Shown here: piece after piece, positions 49,504 to 63,293 of the stretch | Layout: each line of letters begins with the position of its first letter | Position numbering within the stretch: the first letter of the stretch is position 1 | Made by a program: the position numbers and the translations under genes | NCBI RefSeq assembly: GCF_009914755.1 | Contig: NC_060937.1 | Source of the DNA: the human T2T-CHM13v2.0 reference genome, Homo sapiens | Strand: one strand, 5' to 3' | DNA: 64,000 nucleotides | The notes under the pieces: model-generated | Database searches by the model: none | What the model saw: only the letters and a program-made list of their open reading frames with translations | What the model was told of the DNA's origin: nothing

Positions 49504-51151
49504 TTAAAACTCAAAGGGGAGGAACCTGAGATCCAATTTTAAATCCACCTGATGAGAAAAAAAAAAAAGCAGCCCAGGGACGTCACCGTAAACAGGCACC
49601 GCATCCACCAGGGGTCAGGAGTCAGGTCAGGGCTCTGGACTGGGAGGGGCACTGCAGGGACATCCCGTCAGCGGGCACCGTGCGTTGAGCCAGGGGTCAG
49701 GGCTTTGGACCGGGCAAGACTCTGTTTTGCTTCCATTTTTTAAGCCTCTGGAAGTCCTGGCTGTTCAGAATTCCAGGCTTGAATTGCTAGTGTTCCCGGG
49801 ACTGGGAAACAGCCCGGATGTGTGGAGTAAGAGGCAGCTCTTGGATTGCTGTGAACGTAGGGGAGCAAGGCTCCACGCCCTCTCCCAGCCTCTCTGCCTT
49901 CTGAATACAGCCCAGGAGCCTGGATGACTCACTTTCTGGAGCACATAGATAAGGAGGGGGTGGAGGGGAGAGGCCTTAGTTAATTAACATTCCTAGGAAT
50001 CTGAGGCTCCTTCTCCCAGCCCTGTTGTCTGGGTAGCAACGTGCTGAACCCAGAGTGAGAACAGCTGGCTGCAGTGTCAGGGGCAGGACCTTTTGTCGAT
50101 GAGTTTAAAAAACAAAGCAGAAGCTGCCAGGTGCCTCCTTCGCATGTTGGCTCCCACGTGTTTTCCCCGTTCTCCCTCCCCACCCTGAGTGACACACGCT
50201 ATGCTGCTTGAAAATAGCACAGATGCATTTTGCTTCACGGTGAAATGTGGCCGGTAGTTCCCCAGGAGTAAACAATGTGGTGGTGCCCACGGGGGAAGAG
50301 CAGCTTAATTATGCACCCAGCCCCGCATACAAAACGCTCCCTCCATGGTTAGAATTTGCTGGGGCTAAGGGAGTCAGGGCTGGTTTTCTCCAGCAGCCTT
50401 GGAGCTAGGTGGTGTCATTTAAATGGCCCTCAAAGCCCTACCTGGATGTCTTCATTGTGCCACACCAGCCTTTATCCAAGCTCACTGGGCCCCACAGTGT
50501 GGCTGATAGTGAGGGTCTGGGGGTGGGGGATCGTGAGGTGAGGGACAGCAACCCCGTCCTGTCCTTGTCTAGGCCTCTGAGACAGGCCCGAAGGACAGGC
50601 TTTTCTCTCTACTGTGGGTGATGGTCCCGGCTGGTCAGCTAGCGTCCACAGCCCCTCGACTCCCTGCGCAGAGCCCCTCTCACTGGACCGGCGTCAGTGC
50701 CCCACAGAGACTGGAAACCTGTTTCCAAGGTGTGGCTCTATGGCCGGACCACAGTCGGTGAGGTGAGGGCCAGTTCCAGCCAGGGTGCCACCTCTGCCTT
50801 TTCTTATGTCCACTGGAAAAAATAAAGAGGGTGTTTGTCATCCCCTGTCTTTTGGGACTCGGGGTTCAGCGCAGGCCAGGGGAGGTTGTGTCTCTGGTGT
50901 TTGCTGAACACAAAGCGTATGAAAGTGGTAACACCTCGGAGGTGAGGGCTTTCTTTTTATAGCAGCCATGCTGGAACTCAGTGTCTGAGGAGACCTAGAG
51001 TATTTGTTTGAATGTTTGAAAGAGACGTATCTGGTTAATGTGAGCAGAGGCTTGGAAATTTAGAGCACGCTCGACTGTATTTCAGTAGACTTATGACAGC
51101 AGCTACACATCCATCCATTTTAGCATTCTCAGAGTATTCTAAAACATGGAG

Positions 51152-51458
<307 letters not shown>

Positions 51459-51908
51459 TCACAAAGTGGCATGAATAATCATGAAACGAAGTGACTTCAA
51501 AGTGTAATGGTTCTCATGCATGTAAGAATTCATGTTATTAAACAAGTATAAATAAAAAAATTGTGCACTGCATAAGTGACAGATAGTTTTGTAGTATTTG
51601 TTAAAGTGCCATCATAGCCGCCTGTGAAAGAGGTCTCAGTAGGTGTCTGATTCTTGTTTAATGCCACAGCTTCTGAGACTCCATTTGTTTCAGGCAGAGT
51701 GGACATTTCACTCGCGGTTTAATTTGCGGGAAGATCACATTCTGGCCGTTTAATCTTCTGATGACAGACAGCTAACTGTTGATAAGGATAAAATGAAACC
51801 AGACATCGGTTTGCATGTGTCCAGTTGAGGGGAAAAAGGCCGAGGATGCTGTCAGGACGCAGGCAGGCAACCTATTTAGGATGGGGAGTAGCAGTTCAGA
51901 GGGTGTAG

Positions 51909-52700
51909 CTTCCATTCCTGGCCCCAGCCTCCCTTCCACTCCTCCCACCCCTGATCCCAGCCTCCCTTCCATTCTTCCCACCCCAGATCCCACGCCTCCC
52001 TTCCCACCCAGCTTCCATTCCTGGCCCCAGTCTCCCTTCCACTCCCCCCACCCCTGATCCCACACCTCCCTTTCACTCCCCCGACCCCTGATGGCCGTGC
52101 CTCCTTTCCACTCCCCCAACCCCTGGTCCCAACCTCCCTTCCGCTCCCCCAACCCCTGATCCCACACCTCCCTTCCACTCCCCCCACCCCTGATGCCATG
52201 CCTCCTTTCCACTCCCCCCACCGCTGGTCCCAGCCTCCCTTCCACTCCTCCCACCCGGCTTCCATTCCTGGCCCCAGCCTCCCTTCCACTCCCCCCACCC
52301 CTGATCCCACACCTCCCTTCCACTCCCCCCACCCCTGATGCCATGCCTCCCTTCCACTCCCCCCACCGCTGGTCCCAGCCTCCCTTCCACTCCTCCCACC
52401 CGGCTTCCATTCCTGGCCCCAGCCTCCCTTCCACTCCCCCCACCCCTGATCCCACACCTCCCTTTCACTCCCCCCACCCCTGATGCCATGCCTCCCTTCC
52501 ACTCTCCCCACCCCTGGTCCCAGCCTCCCTTCCACTCCCCCAACCCCTGATCCCACACCTCCCTTCCACTCCCCCTACCCCTGATCCCACGCCTCCCTTC
52601 CACTCCCCCGACCCCTGGTCCCAGCCTCCCTTCCACTCCCCGCACCCCTGATCCCACAACTCCCTTCCACTCCTCCCACCCGGCTTCCTTTCCTGGCCCC
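51909..52700. repeat. C-rich VNTR, ~34-bp subunits organised in a 145-bp higher-order repeat
   Basis: Subunit cctcccttccactccccccacccctgatcccaca. Marker tgatgccatg recurs at 52191, 52336 and 52481. Confidence 0.92.
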
Positions 52701-53312
52701 ACGTCTACTGGAATTCCACTCCTCCCAGCTGTCTTGCACCCGCTCTCTTTCCCCTTGTTTTCTCTTTTCCTTCCCAATTAGCACCGATTTTCCTTCCCCG
52801 ATTAGCACCTCCCGCTGCCGCTCCAGCTGTGTTCTCCATCTCCTGGTCTGGGGTGTTCCGCTGCAGCCACAGGACCCCACTGTGGGAACCCACGTCTCTG
52901 CAGGGAAATGTTTACGGTGACTTTCCTATGTGTGTGGCTGGCTCGTCAGGGAGCGGTGTGGAGGAGACCTGAAGGACAGCCCTTCCCCTTCCCTTTCTCC
53001 CTCCTCACTCCCCGAACCCTGCCCAGCTCTGGGCCTCCCCAGGGCTGAGGAGAGGTGGCGTCTCCACTCCTGACCTGGAGGCCCGTCTGGCTTCTGGCTC
53101 CAGCCCCCTCTGCTGCCTTCTTTGTGTGTCTGTGATGGAATACGCGTTCTGCGTGATGAGACTGTTATGGAGACGCAAGAGAATGTGAAGGTGAAGCTTC
53201 TCGACCTTGGGCTGGAGCGGGTGGGGTGCTGAGAGCACCGAGAGCCCCTTGCCACCTCGGCTTCTGGCAGGTCAGTGAGGCCACTGTGGATCAGGCTTTT
53301 AAGATCATGGGA

Positions 53313-53705
53313 AAACACACATAACAAACATGCAACATCTTGTCTAGATTTATGTGCACAGTTCAGTGCTTTAGCACGTTCACCTTGTGTCACCATCACC
53401 ACTGCCCCCCCGCAGAACTTCCGCTTCTTCCCAAACTGAAACTCCGTCCCGCTTAAATTCTCTCCTCCTTCCCCCTTCCCGTAGACCCTGGCAGCCCCAT
53501 TCAACTTTCTGTCTCTAGGTATTTGTCAGCTCAAATGAGTGACTCACACAGGATTTGTCCTTTTGTGACCAGCTCATTTCACTCAGCACAAAGTCCACAA
53601 GGGTCCCTGTGTTGTAGCCTGTATGACTCCGCCGTTCCTTTGCATGGATATACCACGTTTTGCTCACACATTCACCTGTTGAAGGACACTTGGGTTGTTT
53701 CCTGC
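53313..53705 (-). mobile_element. Old L1 3' end fragment (L1M-type)
   Basis: gtgcacagttcagtgctttagcacgttcacc...ttcccaaactgaaactccgtccc...ctttctgtctct...tgcatggatataccacgttttgctcacacattcacctgttgaaggacacttgggttgtttcc. Confidence 0.8.
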
Positions 53706-53853
53706 GGCAGCTTTTCCTGACCGAAAGCTTCTCAAAAGGACTAGCCCCCTCAGGTGCCCCAAACTCGATTGCAGAAGACTGTGTTGTCACCTGCCTGCTT
53801 CTACAGAGAGGCACCAACCTGGGGTGACATGTGCACTCTTGGCTTTGTAGTGT

Positions 53854-54344
53854 CCTGGCCCATCCCCGGTACCTGGCCAATCCCCTACACCTGGCCCACC
53901 TCCCCACACCTGGCCGATCCCCCCACACCTGGCCCACCTCCCCACACCTGGCCGATCCCACCACACCTGGCCCACCTCCCCACACCTGGCCCACCTCCCC
54001 ACACCTGGCCCACTTCCCCACACCTGGCCCATCCCCCCACACCTGGCCCATCTCCCACACCTGGCCCACCTCCCCACACCTGGCCCACTTCCCCACACCT
54101 GGCCCACCTCCCCACACCTGGCCCACCTCCCCACACCTGGCCCATCTCCCCACACCTGGCCCATCCCCCACACCTGGCCCATCCCCCCACACCTGGCCCA
54201 TCCCCCACACCTGGCCCATCCCCGTACCTGGCCCATCCCCTGCACCTGGCCGATCCCCCCCTTCACTTGGCTGAGGCCCCCCCCCACCTGCCTGATCCTC
54301 CCCACCTGGCTGATCCTCCCTACCTGGCTGATCCCCCCACCTGG
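53854..54344. repeat. 19-bp VNTR (cacctggcccacctcccca), about 25 units
   Basis: Direct reading of the tandem units; degenerate at both edges. Confidence 0.95.
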
Positions 54345-56536
54345 TCACACTGCCCCTCCTCCCCAGAGAGTTGCCCCTCTGTATTTACAGTTGATTAAAA
54401 TCTTACTTTCTCTGGGAATTCTTTACAGATTAATCTTCTTCCAAAGACAACCCTAACCTGTGCCTTTTCAGCAGTTGTGCTATTTTGCAGGACGAATTCG
54501 CACCTGTTTCTGTGTTGCTCTGTGATCATTCCCAAGTGGCTTGGGCTTGGAGCCCTGTTGTTCACACCTCTGGGGGCCGGGGAAGGTGTTTGCCAGAGAG
54601 ACAGAGTGTATGGCCTTGAGGGCACCTTCTCCTTAGAAATCCGATCCCGTTCCTTTCCCCTTCTCCCACTAAGGGCTCTCTGAGGGACGGTAGTGGCTGG
54701 GTGTGGAATTGGGTTTTGCTTTGCTTTCTCTCCCCAGCAGCTCTGGGCAGGCTGGCTCTGTGGGGGCCTGGGGGTGGCTCCTGCCTGGACTTTGAGAATT
54801 GGAGAGGCTTGGAGCTCATTCTCAGTGGAGTTCCCGGTGGCTGCTCCGTCTTCTGAGCCTGGTCCTCTGGCCTTCTGCAGATGCTGGGAGCCACAGCACC
54901 CTGTGATAGACCTTTTGCCAGAGCTCCCATGAGAAGCATCCACCGTGGTGGGGCCAAGTCCCTAGGCCCCAGGCATTCCCCATCTGGTGGGAAGTGGGGG
55001 CTTTAGCAAGTCGCATCTCTCTCTGCCCCTCCTGGTGAGCTCTGCTCTGACAGCTGTGGGAACCCGTGGGAATGCCCACCTAGGTGCGTGTGGCCTGGCG
55101 TCTCCCCAGATTCACTTCCTAGTTTTTCACTTCACGTGGCCCAGACACTCAGAAGGAACCACCAACCCAGTGGTCTGTGGTGGCTCTGGGGGCCTGTGGG
55201 GGCCACCACCTCTAGTCTCCTGGTAGGCATCCCCTCCGCCTCTGGGAGGACGGGAGCCGGGACAGAGGGGGCAAGGAGGCCTCCTGGGACTGGGGCGTTC
55301 CCCACCTTCCACCGTGCCGGTCTTCATGCAGGGCCAGAGCCTGGCTCGGGGCTGGGTTTGCACTGAGCCAGGTCCTGACTCTCACCCATGTCTTGGGCAC
55401 GTCGATGGGGCCGGGCCGCTGGAGAGGGTGTGAGAGCAGGTTCCTCCCCAGGTCTCAGCCAGTGACGGGGCCCATCCTGGACTTGGGGGCTCTGCGTGAG
55501 TGGGGCAGTGGCAGCTCCTGCAGGGCCCAGGTGGGGTGTGGGTAGGTCGGGGAGGCTGCTGGCCTCCCAGCCTCCCTCAATTTCTGCGTTCTAAAGATGG
55601 CTATGTGCAAAATAAAGGTGAAATGATGGGGCAGTACTGGATCAGGTGGACATCCGGGAGCTGGAGGCCCGTGCACCTGCACTTTCCCTGGGACGGGCAG
55701 AGGCTTGTGGTGTCCACCCACAGACGCAGACCCACCGGCCTGCAGGGCCCATAGAGGCTGTTGTTGGCCCTGGTGATGAGTGGGGGACACGAGTATGTTC
55801 TGAAATGAGGGGGAGGCTTCTGTTGTGACCTTGACCAGGAAGAGAAAGAGAAGCCAGGAGGAGAGCAGACACGCTTCCGCCTTGAGGACGGCACTTGTTC
55901 AAGTGTAAAGAACGGAACAATCGGGACAAAATTCAAAATGCAAATATGGTCTCATTTATTTGTAATAAAAGGCTGCTGGAAAGTAGGTGCAGGAGTGGCC
56001 CAGGTTAGCATAATACTTTTTCTCCTAATCACATCCAACTTGTTTTTCTACTCTTATTTCAGAACATGCCCCCCCGCCATCCTAGGAGAAGCAGCAGCTC
56101 TCTGCCTCCTTGACTGAGCTCCATTACCTCCAAGCTGAGAGGGTTGTTCAAGAGGGCGTGTGGGATTCTTTTGAAAACACATTTTTAGAAAGCACCCTTT
56201 TAACAACTGAACATGATTTGGTTGAAAATAAACATCCCCGGGTACTCTTGTGGTACATGTTTATGATTTTGATGCTTCTGGTCTGAATGTACAACCTTCA
56301 CATTGTACATTACAAACACTACTGTCAAGTTTATAGATTTTCATTTTATTTGCTAATTCATTTTCCAGTTCTCTGCACTGCTTGTAAATCAGGCAAACCT
56401 GATAAACTGTCTAAACATATGATGATACTGAATTGATTAAGTTATGGTCGTAGGTGAGAAAACAGTACATGTTGTGTGATGCCATTCCGAAAAAGTTTCA
56501 AACACACATCTGTGCATTAGAAATGATTGCCACGTG

Positions 56537-56839
<303 letters not shown>

Positions 56840-57412
56840 TGATTGCCACCGCCCCCTGCCCCCCACCCCGCCAAGGCGTGAACAGGAGTTGTCTCTCCCC
56901 CTTTGCTGTGTGATAGTCTTTTTGCTTGAATTTATTTTGCTTTTCCGTAAAGAACACTCATTGCTTTTACCATTGGATAAAAAGCATAAAAACAATATAG
57001 ATATTAAAAGCACCTGGATTTTTTTGACGCTTTAACAATTTTAAATTTCTTTTCAGGTGACAGTGTTCAACTCTGCTTTTTGTTTGTGCTCATGAAATTT
57101 TATTTGTTAGCCAGCCAAAGCCAAGTGTTTCCAGTTAAATTTACAACTCTTCTGTCTGTTCCAAACACAGCCTAAGCAAGAAGACAACTGTGCCGCCTGC
57201 CGCAAGTTTCATGTGAAATACCCCCAGAGGGCAGCCGCCTCCGCTGGGGGTCCTCCCTCCGAGGTGTGTGCGGTGGGGATGGGAACCCGCAGAGGCAGCA
57301 CCCAGCTACTTGCCACTTAGGTTCTTCTAACTGCCCTCGAGAGATTGTCACTGGGTCCTGGATCCCTGGGTTTGGATTAGCAGTCGGACCAGGGTGGGCT
57401 TGCAGGCTGCAC

Positions 57413-57721
57413 TTTTTTTTTTTTTTTTTGAGACTGAGTTTCATTCTTGTCACCCAGGCTGGAGGGCAATAGCACGATCTTGGCTCACTGCAACCTCCGC
57501 CTCCCAGGTTCAAGGGATTCTCTTGCCTCAGCTTCCTGAGTAGCTGGGATTACAGTTGCACGCCAACACTCCCAGCTAATTTTTTTTTCTTTTGTATTTT
57601 TAGTAGAGATGGGGTTTTACCATGTTGGCCAGGCTGGTCTCGAACGTCTGACCTCCGGCTATCCACCCGCCTTGCCCTCCCAAAGTGCCGGGATTACAGG
57701 CGTGAGCCACTGCACCTGGCC
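57413..57721 (-). mobile_element. Alu (AluS-like)
   Basis: Poly-T followed by a reverse-complement Alu body. Confidence 0.95.
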
Positions 57722-57827
57722 TGCTTTTGAAATAGGACGTAGGGATTGAGGGAGGGTTAGGATTTCAACGATGGCTTTAACAGAAGAAGAGAAGATGCTG
57801 AAAGTCCGGCTTATTTGAACTGTGTGT

Positions 57828-57978
57828 GTGTGACTTTGAATTGCGTCAAATGCCATCTCGGTGAACAGTTGGAGGGGCCCTCAGGATGCCCTGTGACGCG
57901 CAGGTGTGACTTTGAATTGCGTCAAAGACCGTCTTGGTGAATAGTCAGGGGCCCTCAGGATGCCCTGTGACGCGCAGG
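57828..57978. repeat. 76-bp tandem duplication
   Basis: gtgtgactttgaattgcgtcaaa...ggggccctcaggatgccctgtgacgcgcag at 57828 and 57904. Confidence 0.9.
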
Positions 57979-58213
57979 CAGGAAATTATGATGGTGTGTT
58001 TCAGGTATGCAAACTGCACCAGAGGCAACACAAAAGCAAGTCAATATAAAAAGACTCAATGCCTTGCATGCCTTTGTTATATTCTCACGTAATCTTCAAT
58101 CTTCTGTTCATGACTTTGTTTTGAAACACTTTTAAAATGTAAGATTAATTAACTTGTAGGCTGTGGGAATAATCCCATTTGCCGAATCAAAATAATGTAT
58201 CCTTGATTCCAAC

Positions 58214-58632
58214 TGTCAGAAGACAAAATTACAAAACATTTAGTTATAGATCTGATTGGATTTTAATTACAATTCCTTAACGGGGCAGCGTCCGTTCTAC
58301 ATAATGAGAGCTCCCACTGGGCAATGGCAGAACAGTCAGTTTTGTAAGGTGGAAGCAAGGAAACAGAATAAGAAGCTGATTGTGAACTTCAGGTTACTTC
58401 AGGTTACTTCTTTGTAGAGGGTAAAGCAGAGGGGACTTTGTCACTTGCTGACTCAGGTCAACAGAATCTCCTATTTTTGAGAAAAACCGGTCTGTTTTGG
58501 GACCTGTCACTTCTTTAAAGTTCCATTTTGGTGACGTGGCATTGAGCAGGAGCAACTCCATTCCTGTTTGGTCTGGTCTGTTGGGGCCTAGTGCTGGAGC
58601 TCAGTCCAAAACAACAGTCTCCCATAATTTAA
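58214..58632 (-). mobile_element. ERV1 solo LTR (MER31-like)
   Basis: tgtcagaagacaaaattacaa...gactccattcctgtttggtctggtctgttggggcctagtgctggagctcagtccaaaac-like layout resembles the recalled MER31; family assignment from memory. Confidence 0.55.
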
Positions 58633-58795
58633 AAAAAAGTATTTCCATTTCATTTCTGGAAATTCAGCCTAAGAAAGTCATATCCCAAGTGCCCACAATC
58701 ATATCAGAATGTTCTTTGCAGCAGTATCTGTTGTAGCAATGAAAACATCTCAAGTCTGTGGATAAGGGATTGATCAAATACATTAATGACCATTC

Positions 58796-60058
<1,263 letters not shown>

Positions 60059-60786
60059 AATGTTACGGGAAAGAAGCAGGAAGGAAGGCTGAAAAGAGAA
60101 AACGTACCTTTGCTCACTAAGCACTAAGAACAAAGAGGTTTTGTTCTCTTGCGTGTGCATTTGGATATGTCGAGGGAAGCCGGGTACTCCAGGCAGGGCC
60201 CAGAGGTGGTGTCACCCTGGCAGCACACTGCAGCGGTCACTGCTGAAGACACAGAAACAGCTTCCCGTGTTCTTGGACTTGACATCAAAGATGGAACGGG
60301 GATGTGGCCTGGGAACGAGGAACGTGGAAGCCAGGAGTGAGGAAGTGGGAGGGTCCCACAAGACAGCAGAAGGGCCTGGGGTTAGTCCCGGGGTCAGTTG
60401 TGGGACGCTGGTGCTCCCTCTCCTCCACGGCTGGGCTTCCCGGGGTCATGAACCTGTCTCCTGCCCGCCTCTTCTGGCCCCCAGCGAATGACATTGCATA
60501 TAACTGCTTTTTTAGAGTGTTAAGAAAAAGGCTGTTTCCCAAATTCAGATTAGTATGAGCAAAAAGAAGGAGACCACATAGGAGCCAGGATGTGAGGGCG
60601 ACCAGGAGGTTCACCAGGCTGTCAGCACCGCAGCCGCTGGAGGCGCCAAGTGCAGGCCGTGGCAGACAAGGGGAGGCCGGCACACTGCCCACCATGGGAG
60701 CTGCTGGGTCATTTTAACTTAAATATCCTGGGGCCACATAACCCTGCAATCTGAAGGACGCTACAGTTTGCAAAAACCAAACTCTG

Positions 60787-61423
60787 TATCAGTGAAGGGT
60801 CCAACTCACAATATTTGAGGAGATTTATTCTGAGCCAAATATGAGTGACCATGGCCTGTCACACAGTCCTCAGGAGGTCCTAAGAACAGGTGCCAAAGTG
60901 GTCGGGGCACAGCTTGGTTTTATACATTTTAGGGAGACATGAGACATCAATCATTGTACAATGGTTTTGCCCAGAAATGCAGGACAGCTGTAAGTGGGCC
61001 GGCGGGGGGTAGGGGGACCGGGGAGGAGGGTGGGCCCGGGGGGAGGGGGGCGGCCAGGGGAGAGGGTTTCCAGGTTATAGGTAGATTTAAATTTTTTCTA
61101 ATGGACAGTTGGTTGAAAGACTTATCAGTAGAAAGGAATGTCTGGGTTGGGGTAAAGAGGTTGTGGAGACAGGGCTTTATCAGGGTAGCGAGTTTCAGGG
61201 AGAATGAATAGATTGTAAATGTTTCTCAGTGGACTTCAGGTCTGTGCCAGCGTTTGTGCTGGTCAGCCTTTCCTGAATTCCAAAAGGAAGGAGGGGGTGA
61301 GGAGGCATCCGAGTCCCATCAGGGCCGGAAGCAGGTTTTCAGGATAACTTTGGAGTGCCCTTGGCGGAGAGGAGGGCTCCATTCAGATGGGTGAGGGCCC
61401 TTCAAATTTACTTTTGGTTTACA
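60787..61423 (-). mobile_element. MER4A/MER4A1-like solo LTR
   Basis: atatttgaggagatttattctgagccaaatatgagtgaccatggcc...ttccaggttataggtagatttaaa...cctgaattccaaaagg...cttttggtttaca. Confidence 0.8.
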
Positions 61424-62017
61424 TACGTAAAATACTTTAGAAAGATTTATTCTGAGACAATATGAGTGGCCGTGGCTTGGAAAAACACAAACCTGAGAAG
61501 CATCGAGGAAGTGGTCCAAGGTGGTGGGGCTGGTTGGATGTTACACATTTCAGGGAGGCAGGAGTCATAGGAAAGACGTAAATCAATGAGTGGAAGGTCG
61601 ACGTGGCTCAGCCGGAAAGGCAGGATGACTTGAAGTAAAGTAGGCGGATTCAGAAATGCTTTACTTTTTTCTTTTTAAGTATTTTTTTTCAGAGATTCTT
61701 TAATTTGCAGTTGATTAAAGGAGTAAGGTTCTATCTAAAACTTGGAGTCAACAGAAAGGAATGTTTAAGATAAGGAGGCCCTGTCAGAGTCAGCCACAGG
61801 GTCAAAGAGCCCTGTTTAGCAGGTCTGACGCCCGCAGGCGGGACTTAACCCTCATCTGTAATGGCACTGGGCCCTGTTTATAATTTGGCATCTTAGTGCC
61901 ACAGAGTCTGGTTTTTTTTCTTCGATCCTGTGAGCGTGGGTTGAGGTAAAGAGGTTGTGGAGACCAGGGCTTTATCACGCAGATGATGTCTTATTGGTGT
62001 CTTATTGCCACAGAGTT

Positions 62018-62371
62018 CCCCACCTCCCCCCACCCCCCCCACCTCCCCCACCCCCCCACCCCCCACCTCCCCCACCTCCCCCCACCCCCCACCTCCCCCC
62101 ACCCCCACCCACCTCCCCCCACCCCCACCCACCTCCCCCCACCCCCACCCACCTCCCCCCACCCCCACCCACCTCCCCCCACCCCCACCCACCTCCCCCC
62201 ACCCCCCACCTCCCCCACCCCCCACCTCCCCCCACCCCCCACCCCCACCCCCTACCCCCCACCCCCCACCTCCCCCCACCCCCCACCCCCTACCCCCCAC
62301 CCCCCACCTCCCCCCACCCCCCACCTCCCCCCACCCCCCACCTCCCCCCACCCCCCCACCTCCCCCCGCCC
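62018..62371. repeat. Extreme C-rich simple repeat (cccacctcccccca)n
   Basis: About 350 bp of almost only C with spaced A/T. A 20-bp period (acccccacccacctcccccc) runs across ~62100-62200. Confidence 0.95.
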
Positions 62372-62639
62372 TCTTGTCATTCAGGCTGTTGTGCAGTGGC
62401 GCGATCTCGGCTCACTGCACCCTCCGCCTGCCGGGTTCAGGCTATTCTCCTGCTTCAGCCTCTTGAGTAGCTGGGATTACAGGCACACACCACCACACCT
62501 GACTAACTTTTGTACTTTTAGTAGAGACGGGGTTTCACAATGTCGGCCAGGCTGGTCTCAAACTCCTAACCTCAGGTGATCCGCCTGCCTTGTCCTCCCC
62601 AAGTGCTGGGATTACAGGCGTGAGCCACCGTGCCTGGCC
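62372..62639 (-). mobile_element. Alu lacking its poly-A tail
   Basis: tcttgtcattcaggctgttgtgcagtggcgcgatctcggctcactgc...gtgagccaccgtgcctggcc. Confidence 0.9.
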
Positions 62640-63160
62640 AGAGTGTATTCTGTTTGTTTTATGATCTCTGTATTGATGTTAATGCTGGTCAGTTGTGTCT
62701 AAACCCCAAAAGGGAGGGGGTAGAAGGAGGTATGTGTAACCTCTGTCATGGCTGGGAGCTCAGTTTTTAAGATTTTTCTGGGGTTCCCTTGACCAAGAAG
62801 GGATCCATTCAGTCGGAAGGGGCTTAGGATTTTATTTTTAGTTTGCAAGTTGAATGTCTAGGCAGCTGACTGAAGGTTATTTGATGAAGCCAAATGCCTG
62901 GATGCTCCCAAAGTGTGCATATCTGGTCCTCTGTCTCGCCCGAAACCCGGAGGCCCTCAGGGCCTGTGGATTCCCGGGAACGCTCGTGTCACACGGGCTC
63001 GGGTGGCATGTGCGGGGACATACCACTTAATGTACATACAAGCCTGTCGTGTGGCGCAGTTGATCTCAACTTTTAAATAAAGAAGATGAGCATCGCCCCC
63101 TCCATCATCCCTGCCCACACCTCTCACCAGCGCCCACTGCCTGGGTGTGGACCAGCCCCT

Positions 63161-63277
63161 ATCGTCCCCATCGCCCCCTTCGCCCCCTTCTCCCCCATCG
63201 CCCCCTTCACCCCCTTTGCCCCTATTGCCCCCTTCTCCCCCATCGCCCTCTTCGCCCCCATCGGCACCATCGCCCCA
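63161..63277. repeat. 9-bp tandem repeat (a/t)tcgccccc x13
   Basis: atcgtcccc atcgccccc ttcgccccc ttctccccc atcgccccc ... Confidence 0.9.
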
Positions 63278-63293
63278 TTCCGACACTGCATGC

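Larger units (their letters stand above)
61424..62847 (-). mobile_element. MER4-group solo LTR containing an Alu and a C-rich expansion
   Basis: taaaatactttagaaagatttattctgagac...atgctggtcagttgtgtctaaacccc...gggcttaggattttatttttagtttgca. Confidence 0.7.

Noticed and set aside
51909-52700. Exact PRDM9-A 13-mer CCNCCNTNNCCNC array
   Set aside because: The repeated word cctcccttccac is one base too short. By eye I found no exact recurring match here or in the 53.9 and 62.0 kb repeats.
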